Source: a virus. Taken from it: a DNA stretch of 64,000 bases. Both the position numbers and the translations under genes were made by a program. The DNA is taken from IMG/VR virus record IMGVR_UViG_3300033144_007170, positions 29,557 to 93,556 of that record; one strand, 5' to 3'. Under the pieces are notes generated by a model, which ran no database searches, had not been told where the DNA came from, and saw nothing but the letters and a program-made list of their open reading frames with translations. Within the stretch, counting starts at the first letter, position 1. Every line of letters starts with the position of its first letter. Below, piece by piece: positions 37,715 to 48,465 of the stretch.

Positions 37715-38377
37715 TTATGTATATGTGAACCTCAAACTGGTTTTGGGCAAAGAACTGAAAGGTGTAGCTGTAGAGGGAATACGAATACACATATTCCAAT
37801 AAACATTATCCCCGGCGCTTCCGATTGCTGATCCTGTGTTCAGGTCGAGTCTATTACTATCGCCAGAACCTGCCATAGCTACAGCATCCGCATGCCCTAC
37901 CCAATTTGCACTTCCAGGGGCACCTTCTGTGGTAACTATCCCTTTTACCATAGAATCTGCCGGTGTTCCTGCACCTAAAGGCTGTAAAGCAATAGAATCG
38001 TGATCGGCATCGTCCCACATTTCCAAATACGGAGCTGATGCAGTATCTCCATCAAAATAGATACAAAAGACATACTGATTGTCTCCACCACTCTGTTGTC
38101 CTTGATCTGTTCCCGCTAAGGGAACTTGTTCCACAGTAGAGCCATCATCAATAAATGTTTTGTCTACTTCGAGACTATCGGCGGCAGGGATTATTACAGT
38201 ATCTCTTTCTCCAGTAGCATCGCCATCTGTAACAGCATCGCCTGTGAAAACAAGAGAATGTCCTGCACTTCCTACTGTAATTGCTGCCCAATCATCATTT
38301 GCCCCACTGCCATCTTCGTGGGCAGTCGCATCTCCACTTCCTGAATTATAAAACCAAAATACACTGGGTTCTGCCAT
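37715..38377 (-). CDS. virion structural protein
   Basis: Gly/Asp/Ala-rich 220 aa, SD AAGGAG. Confidence 0.6.
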   Translation of the reverse strand: MAEPSVFWFYNSGSGDATAHEDGSGANDDWAAITVGSAGHSLVFTGDAVTDGDATGERDTVIIPAADSLEVDKTFIDDGSTVEQVPLAGTDQGQQSGGDNQYVFCIYFDGDTASAPYLEMWDDADHDSIALQPLGAGTPADSMVKGIVTTEGAPGSANWVGHADAVAMAGSGDSNRLDLNTGSAIGSAGDNVYWNMCIRIPSTATPFSSLPKTSLRFTYT

Positions 38378-38427
38378 GATAAGCTCCTTATGCTATATAA
38401 TTTATTATTTTGATATTGTATCATACT

Positions 38428-39696
38428 TTAATTTAAGTTCGGCGTAGCCCCTACACCATATATTAATCTAAAAACTTCAAAGGTTAAAGGAAACTCTACC
38501 GTACCGTCATTGCAAAGCCTTGGGAGATCATAAGGATCGTTTCCCGTATAAAAAGCGTCTATTCTGTAGGTATTTGTTTCTACCGTATAAGGTACGGGAG
38601 TTATACTCTCTTCGCTATCTATAGGATTTGTAACTATATTATTGCTAATATCTCCTTTTGAGGTAGTAACTGTAACCCATGCAGGTATATAAACTTTGTC
38701 TAATCGTTCAATTTCCGGGCTCGTATAATCCGCTCCTGGCGTATATACAGAACCGCCTTCGGCATACCAATCGCTTTGGTACCAGTGCTCATATGCAGCA
38801 GCAAGACATTCTTCCATAGTTCTACCCGAATCATAATAAATATGAGTGCCGTGATAAAAGGCCGAGGGTGTGCCACTAGTATTGTATTTTACTGTATAAT
38901 CTATCGAAGACTCAACTGTCATTATTAGAGCTTGTTCTTTTGCTGCATTACAACACCCATAGGACTGTGAAGCATATATACCACAAGGAGTCCCAAAGCC
39001 CCCGTCTGGAAAATCAGGCGAAGGTACTCTAGTATCTAAAAGCGTTGTTTTATAATAAGGTGCTCTAACTTCATAAAAACCAGGCCTAATACTAACCCCT
39101 GCTGAAATATAAGGATGTTTGTAATTATATTCTGGATTGTCTTTTGGGGATTTAACATAAATACACTGTTTACTATCCTTACAGAAAAAATAGGCTATGA
39201 ACTTTTTTCCTCTTCTAATTGGATACCAATCTTCACTTCCCCAAGTATAATACGGTATTGTCCAAATATGGGTTACGGTATTGTAAGAAAACTCAACGGG
39301 AAAACCTTCATATTTATCCCGTCTGTAGTACCAAGTATCCCCGATTTTATTCCAAAAAGGTATTTCATCCGGGTAATCTTCTGGTTCATATGCATGCGCC
39401 TCCCCGATAAGCACGTATCCCGGAGCATCCGGGTTTTCTTCCATCAAAGATATTCCATCGTATCTGCCAGACAATAATGTATGGTCTATTATAGTTCCAT
39501 CGTCTCTTGTAATTCTGAATTGAAAAAACCCTATTCTTCTATCCCCTCTTTTACTCCACACATGCCGAAAGGCTTTTTCACGAGAGGCGGAAGCCATACC
39601 GCCAAACTTAGGTACCCACCTTCCGCTGGAAACACGAGTTTGGATCTTTTTTTGATATTTAAGCCCTTTTGGAACTATAGCTATTCTAGTAGTCAT
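38428..39696 (-). CDS. tail tip / minor tail protein
   Basis: Tyr-rich 422 aa downstream of tape measure and hub. Confidence 0.5.
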   Translation of the reverse strand: MTTRIAIVPKGLKYQKKIQTRVSSGRWVPKFGGMASASREKAFRHVWSKRGDRRIGFFQFRITRDDGTIIDHTLLSGRYDGISLMEENPDAPGYVLIGEAHAYEPEDYPDEIPFWNKIGDTWYYRRDKYEGFPVEFSYNTVTHIWTIPYYTWGSEDWYPIRRGKKFIAYFFCKDSKQCIYVKSPKDNPEYNYKHPYISAGVSIRPGFYEVRAPYYKTTLLDTRVPSPDFPDGGFGTPCGIYASQSYGCCNAAKEQALIMTVESSIDYTVKYNTSGTPSAFYHGTHIYYDSGRTMEECLAAAYEHWYQSDWYAEGGSVYTPGADYTSPEIERLDKVYIPAWVTVTTSKGDISNNIVTNPIDSEESITPVPYTVETNTYRIDAFYTGNDPYDLPRLCNDGTVEFPLTFEVFRLIYGVGATPNLN

Positions 39697-39908
39697 ACCC
39701 GCCAGTTGTTGTTTTTGTGTCCGTTTATAGGAATAATAAATATTGTGGATTTAGCATTTTGAGAAGCTCCAGGATTTGCATATATTCTTCCATATTTACA
39801 GAAATTACCCGCTGTAACTCGTACTATTTTGGGCATCATCATTTTTAGTAAACCTCTTGATCTTCGGGCATTATCATTACGGATTGCCCTTGATATTTTT
39901 CTATGCAC
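39693..39908 (-). CDS. small basic tail protein
   Basis: coupled ORF between tail genes. Confidence 0.5.
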   Translation of the reverse strand: MHRKISRAIRNDNARRSRGLLKMMMPKIVRVTAGNFCKYGRIYANPGASQNAKSTIFIIPINGHKNNNWRV

Positions 39909-41589
39909 GTCTCGCCTCCAAATCTAATTCAGTAGTATAGCCGTTAGAGTCTATATTAATAGTATACCCTTTTACATAATTATATCCGATTATTCCAGAT
40001 TCTATTATTGAACCCAGCCCAAATACTGCCATCAAAGGAATAGGGTCTATAAGGGGAGTCGAAGCTCGTACGGCTTGGAACTCATAAGCCACCAAAGCAG
40101 ATAAATAAGTGTAACAATCTTCTATAGAATTCCAATCGGGCGTATTGATGCTAAAAACTAAAGGAGGTTCATCTTTTACAGTAAGCATTGGACGTAATGG
40201 ACAATCCCCGGCGAATACCTGCATCGTTTTCTCTGCTCCATCAGTTCCGCCACTATTAAGATGTTGCTGTCCTCCTGCCTCTACAATATCATGCTCAAAA
40301 GTATAAGAAGTTTGCCACTCTTCTTCTTCGATATTCCACATCTTTGTAGCTATGATTGTATCAACACCGTAGGTCTCTGAACTTATTCTTGAATATCGAG
40401 ATGTACGGATTTCGGACATAATTAAAACAGCACTTTCATAGGATTCTAACCCCGACAATTTATAATCCCTTGCATCATATTTTGTATATGCGCCATCATC
40501 GGAATCATAAATATATAATTCCTGTTTGGATGTAACCTGTCCTTTGAGATGCAGTGTCAAATCATGTTCGTATGCTGTGGATATTATGCTATATGTAACT
40601 ATAGTCTCCCCTATTAGAGTTTTGCACGTTTCTGTTTCAGATTCTATTACCTGGCTCCATGCGTATACAATATCGGCTGAAGTTTCAAAATAACTCGTGT
40701 ATCCAAGGACGTCAGTTAGGGTTGATTGTTGAGTTCGATTAGTTAAAACCGATTCTCCTACTGCTATTCCTGTACGGGTTTCTGTTATAGCATAAACTTC
40801 ATAAGAACCGTCTGGTGCCACAACCATACCTGAATGTTCAGAATAACTACTTTGTCCTATACCGCTTACAAAATCAGGATCTAATGTAGGATCTAAATCT
40901 TCTCGATATTGGCCTTCCTGACCTTCTACTTTAATGCATCCAGGGACAGGGGCGTATTCGGTATCTACTGATTTTGAAGTTGTTCCTGTTAAGGTTAAAG
41001 GAAAACTCATTAAAGTTCCTGCGCCATTTCTCTCTAGAACATATAAAGTTCCCCCAGATAAAACTATCAAGGGCTCAAATGTAGAAATAAGTCCGGTAAG
41101 TGCTTCAAAGAAAGTCGAACCTATACCTATTGTAAAATCTCCCACCCAAAAATCGGGGAGGGTATTCTCAACCTCTAATCCCATCCACTCAATTACAATT
41201 TTTTCTATGATACTGTGCATGGACCAGCCCATTGAACCATATTGATCGCCAATTCGGATATATACTTGGGAATCAGGATATGGATTTTCTGTCATATAAG
41301 ATGCCTGATCTTCGGCAGTCATTGTAAAGAAAGAAATATCACAATCGGGCGATTTTCGAGTATAGGCATATTCCGTGGAGAACCCCGAAACTGTTGTAAT
41401 TAATCCACCTTCGGCATCTTCTGTATAGTTTATAGTTCGGATAGTCATTGTCCGATCTCTCCATAATCTCGGATCAGACAAAGATATAGTCGAACCTAAA
41501 ACATATACCTGTTCCCCCGGCTCACTGAAACTAATCTCTTCACAAAGCGTATTCTCATTAAAATTTATATTTATATTAATGTAGGCCAT
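39901..41589 (-). CDS. minor tail / hub protein
   Basis: directly after tape measure; C-terminal YVKGYTINIDSNGYTTELDL typical of tail hub proteins. Confidence 0.6.
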   Translation of the reverse strand: MAYINININFNENTLCEEISFSEPGEQVYVLGSTISLSDPRLWRDRTMTIRTINYTEDAEGGLITTVSGFSTEYAYTRKSPDCDISFFTMTAEDQASYMTENPYPDSQVYIRIGDQYGSMGWSMHSIIEKIVIEWMGLEVENTLPDFWVGDFTIGIGSTFFEALTGLISTFEPLIVLSGGTLYVLERNGAGTLMSFPLTLTGTTSKSVDTEYAPVPGCIKVEGQEGQYREDLDPTLDPDFVSGIGQSSYSEHSGMVVAPDGSYEVYAITETRTGIAVGESVLTNRTQQSTLTDVLGYTSYFETSADIVYAWSQVIESETETCKTLIGETIVTYSIISTAYEHDLTLHLKGQVTSKQELYIYDSDDGAYTKYDARDYKLSGLESYESAVLIMSEIRTSRYSRISSETYGVDTIIATKMWNIEEEEWQTSYTFEHDIVEAGGQQHLNSGGTDGAEKTMQVFAGDCPLRPMLTVKDEPPLVFSINTPDWNSIEDCYTYLSALVAYEFQAVRASTPLIDPIPLMAVFGLGSIIESGIIGYNYVKGYTINIDSNGYTTELDLEARRA

Positions 41590-41591
41590 GA

Positions 41592-44500
41592 TTATCCAGC
41601 CGCCATAGCTTCCCAAATATAACCCCCTTGCTCAAAGGTTACTGTTTTGGGATTCGATTGAGTAATTTTACTGTTTCCTATTTGAGCAGAAGGGATAGTA
41701 GAAGTCTGAGGTATTCTATTGGAACTCAGACTGCCTCTAATCCCCGATGCTATGTTCTCTAACCATCTTGCAACTGTATCTGATTTAGATAAAGCCATTT
41801 TGGTATTGGCGACATTATTTCTTAATTCTTTCAACTGATCTTGTTGCATTTTTATATCAGCTCTGACTGTTTCCATAGTAGCTTTCATAAGATCTGTCTG
41901 CGCTCCTGCCATTTTTGCATAAAGACCGGCTCTTTCTTCGGATCTATGTTTAGTAAAAGGGACAGCCTTTTCGAGAAGAGCCATTCTCATTTCAGCTAAA
42001 GCTTTTCTGCCTCCCGGAAATTCCCCCGCACCTTTTCTTTCAACTACTGCTTTTTGAATTCCTTGTAATATATAGCTTATATAAGGAGGTACTTTCTTGC
42101 CTTCTCCTGCCCCCAAACCTTCTCTATAAGTCATACCCGCACGGCCCATTCCAAACATGCCTTTAGGGACCATAGATACATCACCTATTTTTTCCATGAC
42201 CATTCTACGAAAATCCCACTCCCTGCCTTCGCTTCTTGCTTTTATACTTTTTTGTCTTAATTCTTCATAACGGTCCTGTTTAGTTTTCCGTTTCGTGGGT
42301 ATCCCAGTCAAATCGGGCGGGGGTGCGGCTTCCTCCCCGCCATATTTAGCTATTCCTATGAAAGCCCCCTGTAATTTACTGGCGAAAGATAATATAGTAG
42401 ATTGTATCCCCCCAGCTAAGTTTGCCAAATTCTTAGCTATATTTCGAGGTATTTTAGCTAATTCTTTCTTATATTTTTTTTCTTTTTTTGTAGCCTCTTC
42501 CGTTAATTCTATTCTCTTTTTTAATAGCTCTATATAATCTTCTCTTTTAATATCGGGGACTTTTCCTTCAGCTACCTCCTGTAATTTTTTGACTACCAGC
42601 AATAAGGCTCCGGCATCTTTTTTTGCCATCTTATATTTATCTAACCAATCTTTAAGGCTATCAGGAGCAGCTTTTACCATAGAAACCAAATCGGTCCACG
42701 CATTTTTCTGATCTACGGTTTTATCGTACATCTCAGCGAGGGCATCTAATTTTTCTTGCAAATCGAACTTCTTTATATAAATTCCTAAATCTACTTTTTT
42801 GCCTGATTTAGCCGCTTTGAGAATAGCCTTATCGTATCCCTCCATTTGTTTTTGTGCCTCTTCTTGCTCTTTACCTCCTGTTTTCCTCCACTCCTCTAAA
42901 GCCCTAGCTCGTGTTAGATTTTTCTCTGCTTCAGCCAGTGAGTTGGTTATACCTTTTAAATCTTTTTTAGAAGTACCTATCATTTTATAGGCAAGTAATT
43001 GCTGTTTAAGACTTTCCAGATGGTATTTATGTTCTTTTAAGCTTAATTCTGGAGTTACTATTTCCTTCTTATCTCTTCCTAATTCATAATCAAAAATACC
43101 CTTCGCACGGGCCCCCAAGTCTTTAAATTTATCAGTTATCCCTTTATCCCCTTTTGCCTCTTTTTTAGCTTTACGCCGCTTGCCCCATCCCTCACTCATA
43201 GCTTCGGGCAGTCCCCGTGGCAAAACCCCTTTAACAAGAGTACTGAGCAGCCCTCCCATAAAAGCCTTACCGGAAGCTTTACCGGCAGCGACCATCCCTT
43301 CATAAAATAAAGCACCGAGAGTTTTAACAACATCTTTAATTATAGGGGGGAGACCCTCCATTAAAACCTTAGCTATTTTAGATACAAAAGTAAGAAAAGG
43401 ACTTTTCCATTCCTCTATTATAGTTCGTAGAACAATAGAGATTCTTTTGGCCGCTTCTACCACTCCCCCTAATAGATCCCCTTCTTTTAAGTATTTAGTC
43501 CAATCTACTTCGGATAAAATAGTTTTTAAAGTCGCCACGAATGCTCGCATATGCTTTCCAGCGTCCATTGCCCATTCTTTTACTATAGGGGAAGCAAACA
43601 CTTTCGTAAGCCAATCGTTCAAACTGGAAATAGCAGTAACTACTTCCCAATAAGCTCCAGTAGATTTCATCATATCATTTACAAAGGATCTATATTGATC
43701 CCTTAAATTCCCAATCTGGATACCAATATTCATGGCTGCATCGGCCATTGATTTGGCCGGGACATTTAATTTGACAAACTCCCCAAAAGCTTTAAGAGCT
43801 TTTTGTGAATCTTTGGTTATTTCATTTAAAGTATATCCTCCAGCTTCCGCTATTGCGTGTGCCGAAATCTCAAATCGTCTTCGTATAGATCTCATATCTC
43901 CAGACAAAGCTTCTCTAAGAGCAATGCCTGCCCCTTTAACTCCCTGTATCGGGTCAAGAGTAGCAAAACCTTGTATAATATTCATAATGTTTTTAAGGTC
44001 TTTTTCATCCGCCCGGCGGAACATAGGCTTTAAGGCCGGGAGAGCGGCAAGAGATCGGAAAGTATCCAGTACCTCCTCAAACATAGCGGGGTATTCTGCG
44101 GCATATTTGGTGGCAAACTTCATCATTTTGCCAAGAGCATAAGTATTTTTTATTATACCTCCAAGACTGATCTCATAAGATCTAAAAGCCTCTCTAATGG
44201 ACATAAAATCAACGACCATTCTTTTGGCAAACTGAGCAGTTTTATACCCTATATAAACAAAGGCCGCACCCCCTGCTACAGATACGGCAACAAAAGCAGC
44301 TACTAAAACGGTTAAGGCATTTTTTAAATTAAAAATCTTTTTAGCTACCGAAGAAAGTGCACGCCCTCCTCCAGATAACATATTCAGGAATCTTCCCCAA
44401 ACAGAAGTAGCCTTCTCTACCCCTTTGATATCCTGTTTAGGGGCTTTTACTCCCGGAATATCAGGCTTAGGGACTTTTGCTCTTGGAATATCCGGTCGGA

Positions 44501-45233
44501 GGAATTTTTTACTTAGTAGGGCTCGACGTTTACGTTCTGCGGAGTCAGCCTCGAATTTTTTACTTAGTAAAGCTCGACGTTTATGTTCTATCGCTTCCGC
44601 CATTGACGAAGGGTCGAATTTTCTGTATATAATCTTCTCTTTTTTAGGAAGATTATATTTTCTCGATAAAAGTTTTGTTCTTGCTTTAACGGCTTCCCGA
44701 AAAGCCTTCTTTTCTAAATCAGCTTTTAGACGTGCTGTTTCCACTATAAGACGTCTTTCTATAGCGGCCTTACGGCGGGCATTTCTTTCCTCTTGAGTAT
44801 GAATGCTTCTAAATAAATCTCCATCCTTAGTACGTCTGACCTTCTCTGATTTACCCTTCGGCTTTTTCTCCCCCATAGCCCACGTTACTGGAGCGGCTAA
44901 TTTCTGTCCGGCGAATTTAAAGAAATAATATTGCCGTCTAAGTTCTGAAAATTTCTTGGATAAACCAGATAACGCAGTAACCGAACCATCAGCAAAGCCT
45001 TTAATGTCTCTTTTCGATTCGGAAGCACTTTTACCCATTTTTTGGACACCGGCGCTGAACATAGTTATACGCCCTACATTGCGCATAATTTTGTAAAAAG
45101 CGCCGCCCGCCGAAGTTCCGAATTTCCCGACTCTCCCCCCAGCACTACCAGCAGCTCCGCCAACCTTATTGAAGGCTCCGGTTACTTTACCTGCACCACT
45201 GGTAGAAAATCTAATTCGTGCTCTGGCTGCCAC
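41592..45233 (-). CDS. tail tape measure protein
   Basis: 1213 aa, helical, Ala/Gly/Lys-rich with TM-like segment; FATKYAAEYP...ALREALSGD core; follows tail chaperones. Confidence 0.88.
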   Translation of the reverse strand: MAARARIRFSTSGAGKVTGAFNKVGGAAGSAGGRVGKFGTSAGGAFYKIMRNVGRITMFSAGVQKMGKSASESKRDIKGFADGSVTALSGLSKKFSELRRQYYFFKFAGQKLAAPVTWAMGEKKPKGKSEKVRRTKDGDLFRSIHTQEERNARRKAAIERRLIVETARLKADLEKKAFREAVKARTKLLSRKYNLPKKEKIIYRKFDPSSMAEAIEHKRRALLSKKFEADSAERKRRALLSKKFLRPDIPRAKVPKPDIPGVKAPKQDIKGVEKATSVWGRFLNMLSGGGRALSSVAKKIFNLKNALTVLVAAFVAVSVAGGAAFVYIGYKTAQFAKRMVVDFMSIREAFRSYEISLGGIIKNTYALGKMMKFATKYAAEYPAMFEEVLDTFRSLAALPALKPMFRRADEKDLKNIMNIIQGFATLDPIQGVKGAGIALREALSGDMRSIRRRFEISAHAIAEAGGYTLNEITKDSQKALKAFGEFVKLNVPAKSMADAAMNIGIQIGNLRDQYRSFVNDMMKSTGAYWEVVTAISSLNDWLTKVFASPIVKEWAMDAGKHMRAFVATLKTILSEVDWTKYLKEGDLLGGVVEAAKRISIVLRTIIEEWKSPFLTFVSKIAKVLMEGLPPIIKDVVKTLGALFYEGMVAAGKASGKAFMGGLLSTLVKGVLPRGLPEAMSEGWGKRRKAKKEAKGDKGITDKFKDLGARAKGIFDYELGRDKKEIVTPELSLKEHKYHLESLKQQLLAYKMIGTSKKDLKGITNSLAEAEKNLTRARALEEWRKTGGKEQEEAQKQMEGYDKAILKAAKSGKKVDLGIYIKKFDLQEKLDALAEMYDKTVDQKNAWTDLVSMVKAAPDSLKDWLDKYKMAKKDAGALLLVVKKLQEVAEGKVPDIKREDYIELLKKRIELTEEATKKEKKYKKELAKIPRNIAKNLANLAGGIQSTILSFASKLQGAFIGIAKYGGEEAAPPPDLTGIPTKRKTKQDRYEELRQKSIKARSEGREWDFRRMVMEKIGDVSMVPKGMFGMGRAGMTYREGLGAGEGKKVPPYISYILQGIQKAVVERKGAGEFPGGRKALAEMRMALLEKAVPFTKHRSEERAGLYAKMAGAQTDLMKATMETVRADIKMQQDQLKELRNNVANTKMALSKSDTVARWLENIASGIRGSLSSNRIPQTSTIPSAQIGNSKITQSNPKTVTFEQGGYIWEAMAAG

Positions 45234-45936
45234 TGTTTTGTATCCTTTGGGTCAATGTATTCAATCGTTGTAAAATATCAGTATATTTACCGGATCTTTT
45301 TAACTCCTCTATATAAACTTTTGGGGGATCGGCATCGGGATGCCCTTTGTAATCTTTTGGGTATAATTCCCGACGAATTGCATCAAACTCCACCATAGCT
45401 TTTACTGCATCTAAAGGTAAAGGACGTCCCGCTTCCGCAGAAGTTAAATATCGTCCCCACAAAGTATTGTTCATAGAACAACGCTTTGCTACATTTCCGT
45501 ATTTTCCTAAACAACAATCTTTTCGATAAGTATCCCATTTCTGTTTAAAAGGTAATTTAAGCTTTGGATTGTTAGTTAGTCTAATTTTTACTTCACAATC
45601 AGCGGCGTTCAAATAATCAATATCATTAGGAAAATCGCGTAACGGGTCTTTTAATTTATCCTTAGCTCTATTCAATTTCTCTTCCGGATCTCCTTCGCTC
45701 TTGTCTTCATCTAAATTTATCCCGGCAAACGCTGCTTGCGTTTTTAATTCCTGCAAATTGCGCTCTTGCAGTTTATTCCAATAAAGTCTTAATAAAGGAC
45801 GGGTAAACCCTGTTAATCTTCCGTTTTCCCAATTTCCTTGGATATATTCTCTGGTGTACCCATATTCTTTGGCGAAGTGCTCATAGATGGCTCCAATTGA
45901 ACTGGTTCTCGACTCTCTGTTCTGATCTCCATCCAC
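45211..45936 (-). CDS. tail assembly chaperone, frameshift extension (gpT-like)
   Basis: in the -1 frame of 45813-46418 and open from the slippery site. Confidence 0.7.
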   Translation of the reverse strand: MDGDQNRESRTSSIGAIYEHFAKEYGYTREYIQGNWENGRLTGFTRPLLRLYWNKLQERNLQELKTQAAFAGINLDEDKSEGDPEEKLNRAKDKLKDPLRDFPNDIDYLNAADCEVKIRLTNNPKLKLPFKQKWDTYRKDCCLGKYGNVAKRCSMNNTLWGRYLTSAEAGRPLPLDAVKAMVEFDAIRRELYPKDYKGHPDADPPKVYIEELKRSGKYTDILQRLNTLTQRIQNSGSQSTN

Positions 45937-46418
45937 TCCATGAGCCCCTTGAAGTTTTTTTCCGTACCTTCTGGGGCAGTGTCATAACTAAAATTTTGAA
46001 CAAAAATTAAACTCGCTATATACCGAAGTTGCTGTATCGTAGCTCTTTTAACGTCAACTTCTGGTATTTTAAAAAGCTCAGATAGCATAACCCTTAATCT
46101 TCCGCTTCCAAGAATAGCAGGTAAAGCATCCTGTTGAAGTGCTTCCAATACAGCATTTTTACAGGATTCGTTTATGCAAACTACTTGCTCTCCTAATGCT
46201 TCTTTATAGACTTTACCACATACTGGACATTTCATATCTGTTGTATATAAAGCATACAGAATTTTAGATATGGTCTTAGACAGCTTCTCAGCTTGCCCTT
46301 CCGTAAGAGGATACAAAGTATGTACTTTAGATCCTATCAAAATAGGCCTCGCTTGCCATTCCGGATTCAGTATCTCAAGTTCTTTAGGTATATCTATTGT
46401 TTCCGTCATCTTCGCCAT
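45813..46418 (-). CDS. tail assembly chaperone (gpG-like)
   Basis: between tail tube and tape measure; EKN slippery codons; CxxC..C...C insert. Confidence 0.72.
   Translation of the reverse strand: MAKMTETIDIPKELEILNPEWQARPILIGSKVHTLYPLTEGQAEKLSKTISKILYALYTTDMKCPVCGKVYKEALGEQVVCINESCKNAVLEALQQDALPAILGSGRLRVMLSELFKIPEVDVKRATIQQLRYIASLIFVQNFSYDTAPEGTEKNFKGLMEWMEIRTESREPVQLEPSMSTSPKNMGTPENISKEIGKTED
45954..45960 (-). other. -1 programmed ribosomal frameshift site A AAA AAC
   Basis: X XXY YYZ heptamer in correct phase joining gpG-like and gpT-like frames. Confidence 0.75.
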
Positions 46419-46423
46419 CTCCT

Positions 46424-46702
46424 TTAAGTTTCAGTGTGTTTATGCGCTGTAATTTCAGCATTATAAAGATCTAAGGGTGGGTATATAGGAGATATGCTGG
46501 GATCTCCTTCTAATACCCACCCACTTCCAACTATTTCTGTAATTTTCGTATTGACCTCTGCTTCGGTAGCCCAGAACATTCTCCAAGATTTTGAAGTAAA
46601 GTATCCCAGTTCCTGCACTTCAGCACTGCCTCCAACAAGTACAAATTCTGCTTGTCTTAGACGTTTTATTTCAGGACTATCCACTACAAAAGGTCTGCTC
46701 AT
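46424..46702 (-). CDS. hypothetical tail protein
   Basis: 92-aa ORF between tube and chaperone. Confidence 0.55.
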   Translation of the reverse strand: MSRPFVVDSPEIKRLRQAEFVLVGGSAEVQELGYFTSKSWRMFWATEAEVNTKITEIVGSGWVLEGDPSISPIYPPLDLYNAEITAHKHTET

Positions 46703-46716
46703 TTATATTTTCCTTA

Positions 46717-47445
46717 TTAGGCTGACCCCTCGAAAATTTCTATCGTCTCTTCAAAATCCGCCCTATCCTCAGCGTTGAGGGTCATGGTCTTACGAATAGT
46801 ATACTGATTCGCAGATCCGATTTCTGCACTACCGAACAGATCAGAGGTTAGTACATTATCGCACGCATTTCCTGCTGTATTCCCTGTATACTTGATAAAC
46901 TCGCAAGTAAACGTTTCCCATTCAGTAGACTCTTTTACTACATCCACCCGACGGCACATAAAATCGTCTCCATAAACTTCTGCTCCGCTTGACAGACAAT
47001 CTACAGCGGCTTTGATTCCTGAGCCGGCGGCGGCTCCAAGATCCAAATATTCACCACGAGCCCAAGGCGCTCCGCCTGCCGGGGAATAACCTTCGATTGT
47101 AAGAGTTTCTGCTACACGGAAAACAATAAGCCCATCTGTATAAGTAAGCAGATCGCTACTTCCGGGAACCTCCCCAGGACTGAACGGAATATTGTGAGGG
47201 TCCGTTGCTTCTTCGGATCTTTCCCATGTTACTGTTTTAAGGGTTCGTCCGGTCGGATTATCAGCGGAACCCTCGATGCCGTATGTTAATGCATAAGAAG
47301 ACGGCGCACTTCTTGTTAAGGTTTTTGAATGCTTTAAATCAAAAACTGTGGTTGAAAATCCATCTCTGAACTCTAACTCTTCCATTGTTTGGGAATCTTC
47401 GTCTCTCTCAACGTTCCCAGATGCCCCGAATAGCGGAAAACCCAT
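46717..47445 (-). CDS. putative major tail (tube) protein
   Basis: position after tail terminator, strong SD AAGGAGG, acidic Thr/Gly-rich 242 aa. Confidence 0.5.
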   Translation of the reverse strand: MGFPLFGASGNVERDEDSQTMEELEFRDGFSTTVFDLKHSKTLTRSAPSSYALTYGIEGSADNPTGRTLKTVTWERSEEATDPHNIPFSPGEVPGSSDLLTYTDGLIVFRVAETLTIEGYSPAGGAPWARGEYLDLGAAAGSGIKAAVDCLSSGAEVYGDDFMCRRVDVVKESTEWETFTCEFIKYTGNTAGNACDNVLTSDLFGSAEIGSANQYTIRKTMTLNAEDRADFEETIEIFEGSA

Positions 47446-47487
47446 GATATCCTCCTTTTGTAAAGATAAAAAATACTAATAGTTTTA

Positions 47488-47961
47488 TTACGGCAAAATG
47501 CCGTCTCTACTCATGTGAAGTAAATAATCAGACCGAAACCCCCGATTTGGGGTTTCGTCTGGAAAATTAAGCATACCCGAATCGTCGAATCTTGGTATTA
47601 AACAATAAGGTGTTAAGTCTATGATGTTGGAAGTATCTGCAAAATCATAGAGAGGTATTGTATTATAATTTAACGCTTCTGTAACATAATCAGCAAGCTC
47701 AGAAGCGTTGTTCCCATACAGATCGTTTTGTATCTTACTCATTATATTGATTTGTACTCTGATATTGGTGAAGATAGCCCCTTTGAAAGTTAGCCAGAAT
47801 ATAGTGAGCCATAAGTCAGTTCCTTGGGGAACAGCTCCTGCTATCTCCCCATAATTAATAAAACAGCGAGGCGTTGACGGCTCAGTAACTAATTTTAGAT
47901 GCAGCCATTTATTAAAACTTCTTTTAATATTAAGAAGTTTTGAGTTTGCAGGAAGAGTCAT
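47488..47961 (-). CDS. putative tail terminator/completion protein
   Basis: synteny; VQINI..., TIPLYDF pattern. Confidence 0.5.
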   Translation of the reverse strand: MTLPANSKLLNIKRSFNKWLHLKLVTEPSTPRCFINYGEIAGAVPQGTDLWLTIFWLTFKGAIFTNIRVQINIMSKIQNDLYGNNASELADYVTEALNYNTIPLYDFADTSNIIDLTPYCLIPRFDDSGMLNFPDETPNRGFRSDYLLHMSRDGILP

Positions 47962-48003
47962 TTCTCTCGACTCCTTATCTTGAATCTATTTTGAAAAATC
48001 TGT

Positions 48004-48465
48004 TTATTGCCAATGCTTCTCTATTGGAGCATCGAATACTTTTTTTGCCCATGAAGGCACTTCCTGATCCATTTCGTCCTGAACTTCTCTAACGAAGCCC
48101 ATTTCTTTTATTCCTGGATGATTTACATAGGGGGCAAGTACAATATCCCCATCCCACTCAAAACGTAATGCTTTTTTGGTCTTGGGGAAAATCATATGCG
48201 GGGCTGTACCGTATTCCACATAATCTATTCTGTCGTGGGGATTTGTTATCTCAAACCCTGTGATAAATCCCATGCTTCTTTCATATTCTATCTCCCATGC
48301 ATCTCCTGCATGTTCTGTAGTATTTTCATTTCTGGGCGTTACTTTCTGTAATTCTTTTTTCTGTGCTTCTGCATACGCTTTTATTGCGCCTTGTCTAAAT
48401 CCGTATTTGAAAGTTCTTACCGATTTTTTACAAGCCTCTGAAACATTTTCTACCAGTTTAAACAT
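48004..48465 (-). CDS. HK97 gp10-like neck/tail completion protein
   Basis: VTP...AW, YVEYGTAPH.I.PK...L.F...VNHPG. Confidence 0.82.
   Translation of the reverse strand: MFKLVENVSEACKKSVRTFKYGFRQGAIKAYAEAQKKELQKVTPRNENTTEHAGDAWEIEYERSMGFITGFEITNPHDRIDYVEYGTAPHMIFPKTKKALRFEWDGDIVLAPYVNHPGIKEMGFVREVQDEMDQEVPSWAKKVFDAPIEKHWQ

Noticed and set aside
44420-44600. Internal duplications in the tape measure gene (KRRALLSKKF x2; PDIP repeats)
   Set aside because: Ordinary in-frame length variation of tape measure proteins
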